From NCBI GenBank assembly GCA_042408215.1, contig JAYFMW010000006.1, positions 896,001 through 960,000 on the forward strand: a stretch of DNA of 64,000 bases, given 5' to 3'. This document shows positions 51,512 to 62,108 of the stretch, piece by piece. Positions within the stretch are counted from its first letter, which is position 1, and every line of letters starts with the position of its first letter. Origin of the DNA: Microcoleus sp. GTDB taxonomy: Bacteria; Cyanobacteriota; Cyanobacteriia; Cyanobacteriales; Microcoleaceae. The notes beneath the pieces are model-generated. The model ran no database searches and was not told the origin of the DNA. It saw only the letters and a program-made list of their open reading frames with translations. The position numbers were made by a program, and so were the translations under genes.

Positions 51512-52688
51512 CCGCTTTACAAATGCTGGGATACGGCAACCTGCGAGGTTTTTTCCCAGCATTTAAAGTTGGAAAGCTGCGGCGAGAACCTACAGTCTGA
51601 ACTAACTCTGCCATCAACTCGGCAACGGGGATGATGCGATCGGCCCTTCCGGCGTTGCTGCCTGAAAAAACCAGCCCATTTTCCACATCACCCCGCGCTG
51701 CTTTGTCCAAGGCCCGAACAATGCAGTAAGATTCTCCGGACTCTCGAAAACGGCAAACATGTAGGCAGTTTAACACGCACCCTTTTTCTAAAGGGGCAGA
51801 ACCCGACATCGCCTTTTCCACAAAGGGGTTTCGCAGAGCCCGTCCCGGCAGTCCCACTGGGCTTTTAATCACCACTACATCTTCGGGTTGAGCGTGCAGG
51901 TGAAATTCTTTGTAACGAAGGTCGGCATCACATTCGTCTGTGGTGATAAAGCGAGTGCCGATTTGCACCCCACTTGCCCCTAACTCTAGCATCCTCACGA
52001 TATCTGCGCGATCCCAGACACCGCCTGCGGCAATCACCGGAATCGGTTGACCGAGTTCGTGATGTAAATAATTTACCAGTTCAGGAATCACCTGTTCTGG
52101 CTCTAATGCTGGATCATCTAGTTCCTCATACTTAGCACCTAAATGTCCACCTGCGGTATTGGGATTTTCCACCACAAAGGCATCTGGTAGCCGTTTGTAC
52201 TGGCGTTCCCATTTGCGACAGATAATTTTAGCCGCACGAGTAGTGGAAACGATCGGCACTAGGGCCACTTCTGGATACTCTGCGGTGTATTCCGGCAACT
52301 GAAGAGGCAAACCTGCACCGGAGATAATTAAGTTTACGCCCTGTTCAGCGGCAGTGCGAACCAGAGTTTCATAATCTTTTGCCGCCACCATCACATTCAC
52401 GCCGATGATCCCATCAGGACTGAGTTCACGGGCTTTGTTGATTTCGTCAATGAGTGCTAGTCGATTGGCTGCAAAAAACTCTTCTCGTCTGAGCCTCGCG
52501 TTGGGCTGGGTGATGTCGAAGTAGGGCGAGTTGATCCCTAATCCAACGGCGGAGATCACCCCAATCCCTCCAGCATTGGCAACGGCGGAGGCGAGATTAG
52601 CTCCAGAAATGCGGATACCCATACCTCCCTGGATGATGGGGTAACGGGCGATGTGTTGACCAATTTGTAGTGAAGGTAATGTTTGCAT
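51447..52688 (-). CDS. Nitronate monooxygenase / FabK-like flavoprotein
   Basis: PIIQGGMG, AGGHLG, PVIAAGG, GVQIGTRF. Confidence 0.85.
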   Translation of the reverse strand: MQTLPSLQIGQHIARYPIIQGGMGIRISGANLASAVANAGGIGVISAVGLGINSPYFDITQPNARLRREEFFAANRLALIDEINKARELSPDGIIGVNVMVAAKDYETLVRTAAEQGVNLIISGAGLPLQLPEYTAEYPEVALVPIVSTTRAAKIICRKWERQYKRLPDAFVVENPNTAGGHLGAKYEELDDPALEPEQVIPELVNYLHHELGQPIPVIAAGGVWDRADIVRMLELGASGVQIGTRFITTDECDADLRYKEFHLHAQPEDVVVIKSPVGLPGRALRNPFVEKAMSGSAPLEKGCVLNCLHVCRFRESGESYCIVRALDKAARGDVENGLVFSGSNAGRADRIIPVAELMAELVQTVGSRRSFPTLNAGKKPRRLPYPSICKAVTLLNKKEFATLVQKMVELID

Positions 52689-53049
52689 AGGTTTCTGGTG
52701 TTGGGAAAATCTTGCTGATTCGGGCAGTAAATATGTCTGATGGCTGATGAAGCCGTCACTTTCGCCGCTCTAGCTTGAGTATAAATACTTTTTGTTAATT
52801 GTACAACTAATTAAGAATATTATATATATAATGATTTAGTAGAATAAAGTGGTAATCCATCCTGCGGAGGTTAGCCATTATTCACTACCACTAGCAACTT
52901 GGGTGTTTTCATAACCTCTGTGCGATCGCCTTCAAAACCCAAGAGTTGTGTTGAATTGACCGGATGGGAGGAGTTACGAAAGGCTGAAGGCTTGATGGGA
53001 TTACCCCGCTTTAAACCGCATTGAACAGCGGTTAATTCAGCTTCAACAA

Positions 53050-53259
53050 GGAATTCGGGAACCGATCTTTGGCTCAATTCAGGGTCATCAAAATCCGATC
53101 GCCGCCGCAGTAGTGCCAACCTCAGCCGCGATCGGTTTGCATTTCTATCCAATTTGGGAAGCCAGTTCGATCGGACAAGGTAGCTTTTCTGAAGGAATGC
53201 TCTTGGGAATTTCTGGTACCTTCTATTTCATGCTTTCCCTACGGGCACAGCATATTTAG
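53050..53259 (+). pseudogene. psbA: Internally deleted remnant of an atypical psbA (D1)
   Basis: GIREPIFGS...[20 protein letters not shown] joined directly to [25 protein letters not shown]. No start codon. Confidence 0.85.
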
Positions 53260-53693
53260 TTGTTAGTTGTTGGTTTTTATCCTAAATTTTGTTGTATAGT
53301 CTTTTAGAATGAACCGCAAAGGCGCAAAGGCGCTGAGGGAAGAGTCAGAAAATAACAGGGGTAATCGTGGGTGATTTAGTCTTAGTTGTTAGATCGAGTC
53401 CGGTTAATTAGACATAATACTAAATCTAGGTTGATGATCTTCTCACTCTTCTTCCTCTTCTTTATAGCGGTTTTCAACCCCATGAGGTACAAGCCGATCG
53501 ATGCCCTATGCCCTATGCCCAATCCCCAAGTGTACCTCATTGAACTGAGAAGGGCTATATTCATGTCTTTGTGTCTTTGTGTTTCCCTAAAAAAGGGGGA
53601 ATGGTAGGGGATTTGATCTGCCCGTAGGGGCTGGTTCGCCAATATCTGCACGTAAGCGCGATCGCTCCAGAAAACCCGCCCCGGAGCAATACT

Positions 53694-55038
53694 TTGACAC
53701 TCCCCAGCCTAAAGGCGTGGGGATTCTTTGTTCATAGAGCTAACGTGCTGCGGACAGGATTTCTCCAACCAGAGTAGAGGTCAATTCTCCCAAAGCGTTG
53801 CTTGCGTTAAGCGCAAAGGTTCCGGTATGCCCTACCGTACCCAATCCTCGACTCAGGATATTTCTAGCTGCGTTAAAATCTCTATCCATTACACAGCCAC
53901 ACTTGCAAACGTGCGTCCTAGTGGATAGCGTTTTCTTCACAATTGCACCGCAGCTAGAGCATTCTTGGCTAGTGTATTGCGGATTTACCGCAACCGTAAC
54001 TCTTTCAAATACTTGACCGAAATATTCAATCCAGACACGGAACTGATACCAAGAAGCATCGTTAATAGACTTAGCTAGACAATGATTTTTCACCATATTT
54101 TTAATTCTCAAATCTTCGTAAGCTATCAAGTCGTTTGACTGAACTACGCACCGCGCTAATTTCACAGCATGGTCTTTGCGTTGCCTACTTATTTTGAGAT
54201 GGCGTTTTCCTAAAATCTGTCTAGCTTTGCCTCTATTTTTTGAACCTTTTACTTTCCTAGATACACGACGATGAGAACGTCTGAGAACTTTTTCACCTTT
54301 TCGTAAGAATTTAGGATTTTCAACCATCACTCCGTTGGAATCGGTGTAATATTCCTTCAATCCTACGTCTAATCCGATGGTATTTCCAGAAGGCTCTGTG
54401 TTTTCCTTTCGATCAACATCGACACAGAATTGGACATACACGCCGTCTGCACGTTTTACCAATCTTACCCGTTTTATTTGGGCGATTTGATAGAAATGCA
54501 AGTCGCGTGTGCCTTTCAACTTGAGTTTGCCAATTCCTTTTTTGTCGGTAAACTTTATTGATTTTCTGTCATCCGCAAGTTTCCAACCAGTTGATTTATA
54601 CTCAACAGAGCGACAGTCTTTCTGGAATTGTGGATATCCTTTTTTACCAGGAATTGACTTTTTGCAGTTCTCGTAAAATCGGGAGATAGCAGACCAGGCT
54701 CGTTCAGCACTGGATTGTCTAGCTTGAGAGTTAAGTTCGTCGGCAAACGGGAAATCACGAGCCAATACAGCACAATATTTATTCAAATCGTACTTATCTA
54801 TTTTTTTGTTGTCCATCCAATAGCGCAAACAGCTATTGCGGACAAATTGTGCTGTACGAATCGCTTCATTTACTGCTGCAATCTGACTTGATTTTCCGTA
54901 AGCTTTGAACTCAAAAACTAGCATCGCCTTACCTCCTGCCTTATACTAGATCTTTTAGCACAAGATTTGCTGGTATCGTAACAAAGGTTTACAATTAAAG
55001 CCGTCCTAAAAGGACGGGGTTTTAAACCCAATTTCCTG
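53694..55038 (-). mobile_element. IS200/IS605-family (IS1341-type, tnpB only) element
   Basis: Left end TTAT|CAGGAAATTGGGTTTAAAACCCCGTCC; right end GAATCCCC..GGGGAGTGTCAA. No tnpA. Confidence 0.9.
53740..54924 (-). CDS. tnpB: RNA-guided endonuclease TnpB
   Basis: RuvC D (GLDVG), E (AYEDL) and D (DRDFNAA), with Zn finger CSSC/CKC. Confidence 0.93.
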   Translation of the reverse strand: MLVFEFKAYGKSSQIAAVNEAIRTAQFVRNSCLRYWMDNKKIDKYDLNKYCAVLARDFPFADELNSQARQSSAERAWSAISRFYENCKKSIPGKKGYPQFQKDCRSVEYKSTGWKLADDRKSIKFTDKKGIGKLKLKGTRDLHFYQIAQIKRVRLVKRADGVYVQFCVDVDRKENTEPSGNTIGLDVGLKEYYTDSNGVMVENPKFLRKGEKVLRRSHRRVSRKVKGSKNRGKARQILGKRHLKISRQRKDHAVKLARCVVQSNDLIAYEDLRIKNMVKNHCLAKSINDASWYQFRVWIEYFGQVFERVTVAVNPQYTSQECSSCGAIVKKTLSTRTHVCKCGCVMDRDFNAARNILSRGLGTVGHTGTFALNASNALGELTSTLVGEILSAAR

Positions 55039-55171
55039 ATAATTAATTAACCCGACTCGATCTTAGTTCTTGGTGATTGGTAGTTGGTTGTTAGTAGGAA
55101 GACATAATTAAACGGAGAGTTGTATAATTGAAGCAGGATTGATATTTTCAAATTCCCATTGGCTCAAAACT

Positions 55172-55981
55172 ATGTCATTGACTACAACATCTAAATTTTC
55201 CTCAGTTTACGGCCCAGTCAAGTCTTGGCGCTACGGGCGATCGCTGGGTATTGACCCCATCGGGCCAGTTTCTACCTGTTCCTTTAACTGCGTTTATTGT
55301 CAACTGGGAGAGATAGAAGTTAAAACACGCGATCGTGCCATTTTTATCCCTACCAACCAAATCTTACAAGACTTGCAATCCTTCGCGCCTTGGGATGTAG
55401 ACATCATCACCCTCAGCGGTAGTGGCGAACCCACTCAAGCATTGAATTTAGGCGAAATTATCACCTCTGTCAAAGAATGTACCAAAAGAGCGATCGCAGT
55501 ATTAACTAATGCTACATTACTCAATGACCCACAAGTGCGTTTAGAATTAGCTTTCGCCGACAAAGTATCAGTAAAATTAGATGCAGTTAGTAGCGATCTC
55601 CTCCAGCGCGTCAACCGTCCCGTCGCCGGCATAGACTTACAAAGCATTCAGACAGGTTTGCAGCAATTTAGACAAGAATATAGCGGGGAATTTGGCATTC
55701 AAACAATGATTTTATCACCTTGGGATGCCGCCACTAAAACAGAATATATCCGCTGGATTAAAATATTATCACCAGCCGAAATTCAACTCAATACCCCCAC
55801 CAGGCCCAAACCTTTAACTCGCCAGTTAGACGGGCGGGGAAATCACACCCCTGAAGATCGCCCTTATCCCATAAAAATGCTCAAATGCTTGAGTTATAGT
55901 GAATTAGGAGCGATCGCCACCCAGATTCAGCAGGAAACTAACATTCCCGTGCGTTTTGCGCCCACAGATGGCCAGACCTAG
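55172..55981 (+). CDS. Radical SAM protein
   Basis: YGPVKSWRYGRSLGID, CSFNCVYC, SGSGEPT. Confidence 0.88.
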   Translation: MSLTTTSKFSSVYGPVKSWRYGRSLGIDPIGPVSTCSFNCVYCQLGEIEVKTRDRAIFIPTNQILQDLQSFAPWDVDIITLSGSGEPTQALNLGEIITSVKECTKRAIAVLTNATLLNDPQVRLELAFADKVSVKLDAVSSDLLQRVNRPVAGIDLQSIQTGLQQFRQEYSGEFGIQTMILSPWDAATKTEYIRWIKILSPAEIQLNTPTRPKPLTRQLDGRGNHTPEDRPYPIKMLKCLSYSELGAIATQIQQETNIPVRFAPTDGQT

Positions 55982-56087
55982 TACCTTTTAAAGATATAAT
56001 CATTAAGAAGAATTAGGCAGAAGAGAACCCCCAACTCTGTTAAAAAGAGGGCTATTGAGATTAGGGTCTAGGAAGGAACAAACACAG

Positions 56088-56665
56088 ATGAGCGTACAAT
56101 TAATTAAAGGTGGCAGATTCAATCTTTCTCAAGAAGTGCCGAACTTAAAAAGACTAGCGATCGCCTTGGGTTGGCAAGTCAATTCAATAGGCAAAAACTG
56201 TGAAATTGATGCTTCAGCATTTATGTTAGGCACTGATGGCAGAATCCCCCACGAAGACTACTTAGTATTTTATAATAATACTAAATCCCTTGACGGTTCT
56301 GTGAAACAATCCGGCACTGATAAATCTTCGCCCAGAAAAGGATACATTAACACGCTCTACAGCGTTGATTTATCTCTGATGGATGCCACCATTGAACAGA
56401 TTGTGCTGATTGTAACTATCCACGATGCTGAATCAGTAGGATTAAATTTTAGCCAAATTCAGAACGCTTTTATCAGCTCTATACGATCGCGATCGCAAAA
56501 CCGAACTGACTCGGTACGAATTAAAAGAGAATTTTACATTAGAGACAGCTTTGGAATTTGGACGTTTGTATAAAAAGAGCGGAGACTGGAGGTTTCAGGC
56601 CGTAGGACAAGGATATAAATCAGGATTGCGACAGTTTTGTTGAAAAATATTATGTAGAAAAGTAA
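56088..56665 (+). pseudogene. TerD family protein with two frameshifts
   Basis: LGW..DASAFML..LVFYNN. The C-terminal ETALEFGRLYK..WRFQAVGQG is in a second frame (shift about 56475) and FVEKYY in a third (about 56630). Confidence 0.75.
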
Positions 56666-56845
56666 ACAGGAGAATTGGTAATTGCGATCGGGATGTACAG
56701 CATTAAAGCCTGAACAGGAGTAACGCCGCCTTCTATGCGGTGCCATAACCGCCCGAAGGCGGCGTTACAAACTGTTTTGCCTAAGTCCTAAATAGCCGTC
56801 GCACTCGATTTAAGAAATCCTCAACATCTAAAAAAACTGGTCAAT

Positions 56846-58159
56846 TTATTTTTTCCACTGGATCAACTTGATGTAATCTCCTTCAAACTGCTCTCCTTTC
56901 AGCATCCGATTCCAATAAATCCAAGGCAAAGCAGTAGTTTTCATCTTCCACATAATCCAGCTTTCTTGCACAGGGTTGAGGGGAAAACTAGAAAGCACAG
57001 TACCACTATAACCATCAAATTCGGCCATGATTGTCTTGCCATAACCAGTGATTAAAGGACAGCAAGTATAGCCGTCATACTTATGTAATAATGGTTTGGA
57101 GTCTATTAAAGCTAGTAAATTTTCTGCTACGATCGGTGCTTGTTTGCGAGCTGCTGCTGCTGTCTTAGAAGTTGGCAGCGAAGAAGCATCCCCCAAGCTA
57201 AATACGTTGGGATATCGATTGTGCTGGAGCGTGTATTTATCTACATCTACCCAGCCATAGGAACTACCGGGAACGGCCAAAGGGCTTTGTTTAATAAAGT
57301 CAGGAGCGCTTTGCGGCGGTGTGACGTGAATCATTTCGTACTTGTGGGTGACCTCATCGACAACAGCACCGTTATCATCGAAAACATCAAAAACTGCTTC
57401 TTTGGTTTCAGGTTTAATTTCCTTCAAATTGTGCCGGAACTTAACATCAATTTCCCGTTGTTGGACGACTTTATCTAATAGTGATGAATACTCCGGTACG
57501 GAAAACATTTTGGTTGCTGGTGTGAGAAACATCACGTTAGTGCGCTGACGGACTCCCAATTTACTGCGGAAGGTATCATCTGCCATGTACATGACTTTTT
57601 GCGGCGCACCACCACATTTTACCGGAGTGTTGGGAAAGGTAAATAGAGCATTTCCACCTTGGAAATTTTTGATTAGTTCCCAGGTATAAGGTGCGTAATT
57701 AGGAGCATAATTGCTAGTAACACCATCTTTTCCGAGCGCTTCTCTCAGTCCTTTAATTAAATGCCAGTCCAACTGAATGCCGGGACTGACAATTAAGTAA
57801 TCATACTCAACCAGGATGCCTTCTTTGGTGAGGACGGCATTGTTTTCTGGGTCTAATTTAACCACTCGGTCTGCGATCCAAGTCGCTTGTCGAGGAATGA
57901 AATCTTTTTTATCCCTCACTGTATCCTCAATTTGGAATACTCCTCCGCCTGTCAGCGTCCAACCGGGTTGGTAATACTGCTTCTTCGATGGCTCGATGAT
58001 GGCAATATCTAGGGATTTGTTTTTTTTCAATAACATAGAGGCGGTGGGAAGTCCGGCAGACCCGCCCCCGATGAAAACGATTTGGTGGTGCAGTGTCTTG
58101 GTAATGGCGGGGGTTGCGGACGCTGGAGTCTGGGACTGTTGGGAATTTGAGGTGATCAT
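56846..58159 (-). CDS. sqr: Sulfide:quinone oxidoreductase, type II (SqrB/SQRDL-like)
   Basis: YQPGWTL, KCGGAPQK, PTSKTAAA, YDGYTCCPLITG, AEF. Confidence 0.88.
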   Translation of the reverse strand: MITSNSQQSQTPASATPAITKTLHHQIVFIGGGSAGLPTASMLLKKNKSLDIAIIEPSKKQYYQPGWTLTGGGVFQIEDTVRDKKDFIPRQATWIADRVVKLDPENNAVLTKEGILVEYDYLIVSPGIQLDWHLIKGLREALGKDGVTSNYAPNYAPYTWELIKNFQGGNALFTFPNTPVKCGGAPQKVMYMADDTFRSKLGVRQRTNVMFLTPATKMFSVPEYSSLLDKVVQQREIDVKFRHNLKEIKPETKEAVFDVFDDNGAVVDEVTHKYEMIHVTPPQSAPDFIKQSPLAVPGSSYGWVDVDKYTLQHNRYPNVFSLGDASSLPTSKTAAAARKQAPIVAENLLALIDSKPLLHKYDGYTCCPLITGYGKTIMAEFDGYSGTVLSSFPLNPVQESWIMWKMKTTALPWIYWNRMLKGEQFEGDYIKLIQWKK

Positions 58160-58230
58160 AAGTAGTTTTTTTCTTTGAGAATAGGTTGACCGATCGCTTC
58201 CTTAGTCAATAAGGTTCTAGCAGGTTGAGC

Positions 58231-58331
58231 AGGACTTACGCACGCGGGGCCAAAAACCCGGTTTCTGCGTCAATATCTCTCGAAAAAAGCGATGATTTTT
58301 CAAAGAAACCGGGTTTTTTTGCGTAAGTCCT
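58231..58331. repeat. REP/MITE-like palindromic element; related copies near 24800, 40220 and 60170
   Basis: AGGACTTACGC...AAACCCGGTTTC...GAAACCGGGTTT...GCGTAAGTCCT. Confidence 0.75.
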
Positions 58332-58568
58332 GTTGAGTAAATCTACTTACCCCCGCTGCTAACTTTTTTGTTGCTATTGTCAAATTGTACAACTTAGCTT
58401 ACTATATGGCAATATAGGCAATTAATAAATATGCACTACTCCCGTGGCATATTTGAAAGCTAAGGAGGCTCTGCCTTCTTTCCGAGTTCCCTGGCTCAGC
58501 CAGGGAACTAGATCGCGATCGCCAGACATTCCATTAAGCAGGTAAAAACTTTACAAGGAGCCAGAAAT

Positions 58569-59273
58569 ATGCTATTTCGCCAAATGTATGACAACGAAAC
58601 CAGCACTTATACTTATTTAATTGCTGACGAAAACACCAAAGAAGCTGCTTTAGTCGATCCGGTGATCGAGCAAGTCGATCGTGACTTAAAGCTAATTCAA
58701 GAATTAGGACTAACTTTGCGCTATTGTTTGGAAACGCACATTCACGCCGATCACATTACGGGAACGGGTAAGTTGCGAGAAATCACAAATTGTGATGGCA
58801 TAGTGCCAGAAAATGCCCAAGTTGCTTGTGCTAACCGCTTGATTAAAGATGGGGAAATATTACAGCTAGGCGAGATTGAAATTAAAACGATCGCCACTTT
58901 AGGACATACCGACAGTCATAACTGTTACCTAGTCAATCAAAACCTATTGCTGACTGGAGATTCTTTGTTGATTCGCGGTTGCGGACGGACTGATTTCCAA
59001 AGCGGTAATCCGGGTTTGATGTACGACAACGTTACGCAAAAATTATTTACCTTACCCGATGAAACTTTAGTTTATCCCGGTCACGATTATAAAGGACATC
59101 TGGTTTCTACAATTGGCGAGGAAAAGCAATATAATCCCCGGTTTGTTGGCCAAGATCGGGCGAGTTTTATCGAACAAATGAATAACCTGAATCTGCCCAA
59201 TCCGAAGAAAATTGCGGAAGCAGTACCGGCGAATCAACAATGTGGGAAAATACCTGTGATCGCAGAAGTTTGA
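58569..59273 (+). CDS. Persulfide dioxygenase (ETHE1/Sdo-like MBL)
   Basis: TYTYL, ETHIHADHITG, GHT, GCGRTDFQ, YPGHDY, EEKQYNPR, AVPAN..CG. Confidence 0.9.
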   Translation: MLFRQMYDNETSTYTYLIADENTKEAALVDPVIEQVDRDLKLIQELGLTLRYCLETHIHADHITGTGKLREITNCDGIVPENAQVACANRLIKDGEILQLGEIEIKTIATLGHTDSHNCYLVNQNLLLTGDSLLIRGCGRTDFQSGNPGLMYDNVTQKLFTLPDETLVYPGHDYKGHLVSTIGEEKQYNPRFVGQDRASFIEQMNNLNLPNPKKIAEAVPANQQCGKIPVIAEV

Positions 59274-59284
59274 GGATTTAGATC

Positions 59285-59713
59285 GTGGCAAATGTGAACT
59301 GGGTAACAGCTTTAATTGGTGGCATCTTAATTGGGTTAAGTGCCACCGTCTTACTGGCATTTAATGGTCGAATTGCTGGTATTAGTGGAATTGTCAATGG
59401 TGCGATCGCCTTTTCCAAACGAGAAGTCTGGCGGTGGATCTTCATCCTGGGTATGTTGCTGGGTGGCATATTATACGAATATGGACTAGCATCTCAATTA
59501 ACTCCCACCGCGACATTGACTCCTTGGGCAATGATTATCGGCGGTTTTCTGGTTGGTTTTGGCACTAGAATGGGTAGCGGTTGCACTAGCGGTCATGGAG
59601 TTTGTGGGTTAGGCCGATTATCTATGCGATCGCTAGTGGCAGTTATCACCTTTATGATTACCGCCATCCTCACAGTTTTTGTTGTCCGTCACCTATTGCA
59701 GTTGAGTATATGA
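59285..59713 (+). CDS. YeeE/YedE sulfur-compound transporter subunit
   Basis: GRIAGISG and GSGCTSGHGVCG. Confidence 0.9.
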   Translation: MANVNWVTALIGGILIGLSATVLLAFNGRIAGISGIVNGAIAFSKREVWRWIFILGMLLGGILYEYGLASQLTPTATLTPWAMIIGGFLVGFGTRMGSGCTSGHGVCGLGRLSMRSLVAVITFMITAILTVFVVRHLLQLSI

Positions 59714-60123
59714 AAGAGAAGCTAATAGCGTTATTGTCAGGAGTGTTATTTGGTCTGGGACTGGGGTTTTCGCAGATGATCGATCGCCAGCGGGTACTAG
59801 GCTTTTTGGATGTCGCCGGTGCTTGGGACTCAACATTATTATTTGTGTTGGGTGGCGCGGTCACGGTGACAGTAATTGCCTTCCGATTTGTGCTGCGTCG
59901 CCCTCACCCAATCTTTGCTGACAAATTTAATTTACCAACTAAGAAAGACATCGACAAACCTTTAGTAATTGGGGCAGCTATTTTCGGTATCGGTTGGGGA
60001 ATTTGTGGATACTGTCCAGGGCCGGGGATCACTGCTTTAGTATTGGGTAATTGGAATCCGATTTTGTTTGTGGTGGCGTTCATTGCTGGTTCGCTGACCT
60101 ATAAAAACTTATCTGAAAAGTAA
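59710..60123 (+). CDS. YeeE/YedE partner subunit (DUF6691-like)
   Basis: FGLGL..SQM..VLGFLD..WD and FGIGWGICGYCPGP. ATGA overlap with the upstream gene. Confidence 0.88.
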   Translation: MKEKLIALLSGVLFGLGLGFSQMIDRQRVLGFLDVAGAWDSTLLFVLGGAVTVTVIAFRFVLRRPHPIFADKFNLPTKKDIDKPLVIGAAIFGIGWGICGYCPGPGITALVLGNWNPILFVVAFIAGSLTYKNLSEK

Positions 60124-60335
60124 TTTTTATATGAGTAGGGGTAGGGACACGGCAATGCCGTGTCCCTTTACGCAAAAAAAACCGGTTTCTTTGAAAAATC
60201 GTGGGTCTAGCCGAGAAATCTTGACGCAGAAACCGGGTTTTTGGCCCCGCTTGCGTAAGTCCTGAAATACAGATGTGGAGATAGTTTCATGCCCGGTACA
60301 GAAATATTAACTAATTCATAGTTTGATTGACTGAA

Positions 60336-62108
60336 ATGTTTGATAAAAAGACAATGGTTGAGCGATCGCAAAAGCAAAAATGGTTGGATCAATGGAGTAG
60401 TTTTCTTCCGATTTTGGATTGGGGTTTACACTATCGACGGGACTATTTGGTAGGAGATATCACTGCCGGAATTGTTGTTGGCACTGTGCTGATTCCCCAA
60501 GCAATGGCCTATGCTTTGTTAGCAGGTTTACCTCCCCAAATCGGGCTATATGCTAGTATTTTGCCCCTAGTGGTTTATGCCTTTCTTGGCAGCAGTCGTC
60601 TGATTTCGGTTGCCCCGGTAGCATTGGATTCGCTGATGGTTGCGGCGGCAATTGCTCCTCTAGCGACTGAAAATACACCGGAATATTTAGGATTGGCATT
60701 GTTGCTGGCACTAATGATTGGGGTGATTGACATTTTAATGGGTGTCTTTCGGTTAGGGTTTTTGGTGAATTTTCTTAGCCAAGCGGTGATTTCTGGCTTT
60801 ATCAGTGCGGCTGCAATTGTAATTGGTTTTAGTCAGGTTAAACATTTGTTAGGCTTGAAGATTCCACAAACAGAATCTTTTATTCAGTTACTAACTTATC
60901 TAGGAAAAGGAATTAGTGCAATTAATTGGCTTACTCTATCCTTGGGTTTATTCAGCATTCTCCTATTAGTCTATTTCCCAAACTGGTTGGGAAAACAACT
61001 CAATAAACGCGGATTTCAAGAGTTAACAATTATGCCACTTACTAAAAGTGCGCCTCTCCTCATCGTAGTTAGTAGTTCGTTGCTAGTCTGGTGCTTTCAC
61101 CTGGATCGAGTTGCGGGAGTGAAAGTCGTTGGTGATATCCCCAAAGGCTTACCTTCTCTCTCTTTTCCTGCCCTTGATGGCAATACGATTACTACATTAT
61201 TACCGGCGGCTTTGGCGATTAGTTTTGTAGGTTTCATGGAAGCCTATTCAGTTGGTAAGTTTTTGGCTAGTAAGCGACGCCAAAAAGTTGATGCCAACCA
61301 GGAATTTATTGCTTTGGGAGCCGCAAATATTAGTGCAGCTTTGACTGGAGGGTATCCGGTTACAGGAGGCGTAAGTCGATCGGGTGTGAACTTTTCTGCT
61401 AATGCTAATACTCCTTTAGCCTCGATAATTACGGCATTAATTGTGGCGCTTACCGTCATGTTTTTAACGCCGTTGTTTTACTTTTTACCACAAGCTTGTT
61501 TGGCGGCAATTATCGTGATGGCTGTTAGCAGTCTTTTAGATTTTGCAACACTGAAACGTTTATGGATATATAATCGTTCGGATGCGATCGCCTGGATCTC
61601 TGCATTTCTTGCCGTCTTAATCACCAGTGTGGAAAAAGGTATTTTGTTCGGTGCTGCTGTATCAATTCTATTACATTTATGGCGTACTAGCAAGCCGCAT
61701 ATCGCGGTGGTCGGTAGAGTTGGAAACAGCGAACATTTTCGCAATTTTTTGCGACACGAAGTTAAAACTTGTCCTCACGTTTTGGCAGTTCGGGTTGATG
61801 CTAGTCTTTACTTTGTGAATACTAAATATTTGGAGGATTACCTGCTCAAAGCGGTGAGCGATCGCCCAGATGTCAAATATTTATTACTGGTATGTAGTGC
61901 TGTGAATTCCATTGATGGTAGTGCTTTGGAAACGCTCAAAAGTTTGATTCTTGACTTAAATAATCGGGGAATTGAATTCTATATGTCTGAAGTCAAGGGC
62001 CCAGTGATGGATGGATTACTCAAAATTGGGTTTGTCGAGGAGTTAGGAAAAGACCATATTTTCCTAACTACTGACCAAGCAATGCGTTTTTTGGAGTGCG
62101 GGAATTAA
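60336..62108 (+). CDS. SulP family anion transporter with STAS domain
   Basis: GDITAG..IPQAMAYALLAGLPP..GLY, NQEFIALG, STAS (LYFVN, IDGSA). Confidence 0.92.
   Translation: MFDKKTMVERSQKQKWLDQWSSFLPILDWGLHYRRDYLVGDITAGIVVGTVLIPQAMAYALLAGLPPQIGLYASILPLVVYAFLGSSRLISVAPVALDSLMVAAAIAPLATENTPEYLGLALLLALMIGVIDILMGVFRLGFLVNFLSQAVISGFISAAAIVIGFSQVKHLLGLKIPQTESFIQLLTYLGKGISAINWLTLSLGLFSILLLVYFPNWLGKQLNKRGFQELTIMPLTKSAPLLIVVSSSLLVWCFHLDRVAGVKVVGDIPKGLPSLSFPALDGNTITTLLPAALAISFVGFMEAYSVGKFLASKRRQKVDANQEFIALGAANISAALTGGYPVTGGVSRSGVNFSANANTPLASIITALIVALTVMFLTPLFYFLPQACLAAIIVMAVSSLLDFATLKRLWIYNRSDAIAWISAFLAVLITSVEKGILFGAAVSILLHLWRTSKPHIAVVGRVGNSEHFRNFLRHEVKTCPHVLAVRVDASLYFVNTKYLEDYLLKAVSDRPDVKYLLLVCSAVNSIDGSALETLKSLILDLNNRGIEFYMSEVKGPVMDGLLKIGFVEELGKDHIFLTTDQAMRFLECGN

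Noticed and set aside
52871..53152. 93-aa minus-strand ORF
   Set aside because: It is largely the antisense shadow of the psbA remnant and has no recognisable motifs.
52797..58395. Shared AATTGTACAACT motif upstream of the NMO gene and sqr2 as an operator
   Set aside because: It is equally explained as a minus-strand -10 box (TACAAT), and two instances are insufficient.
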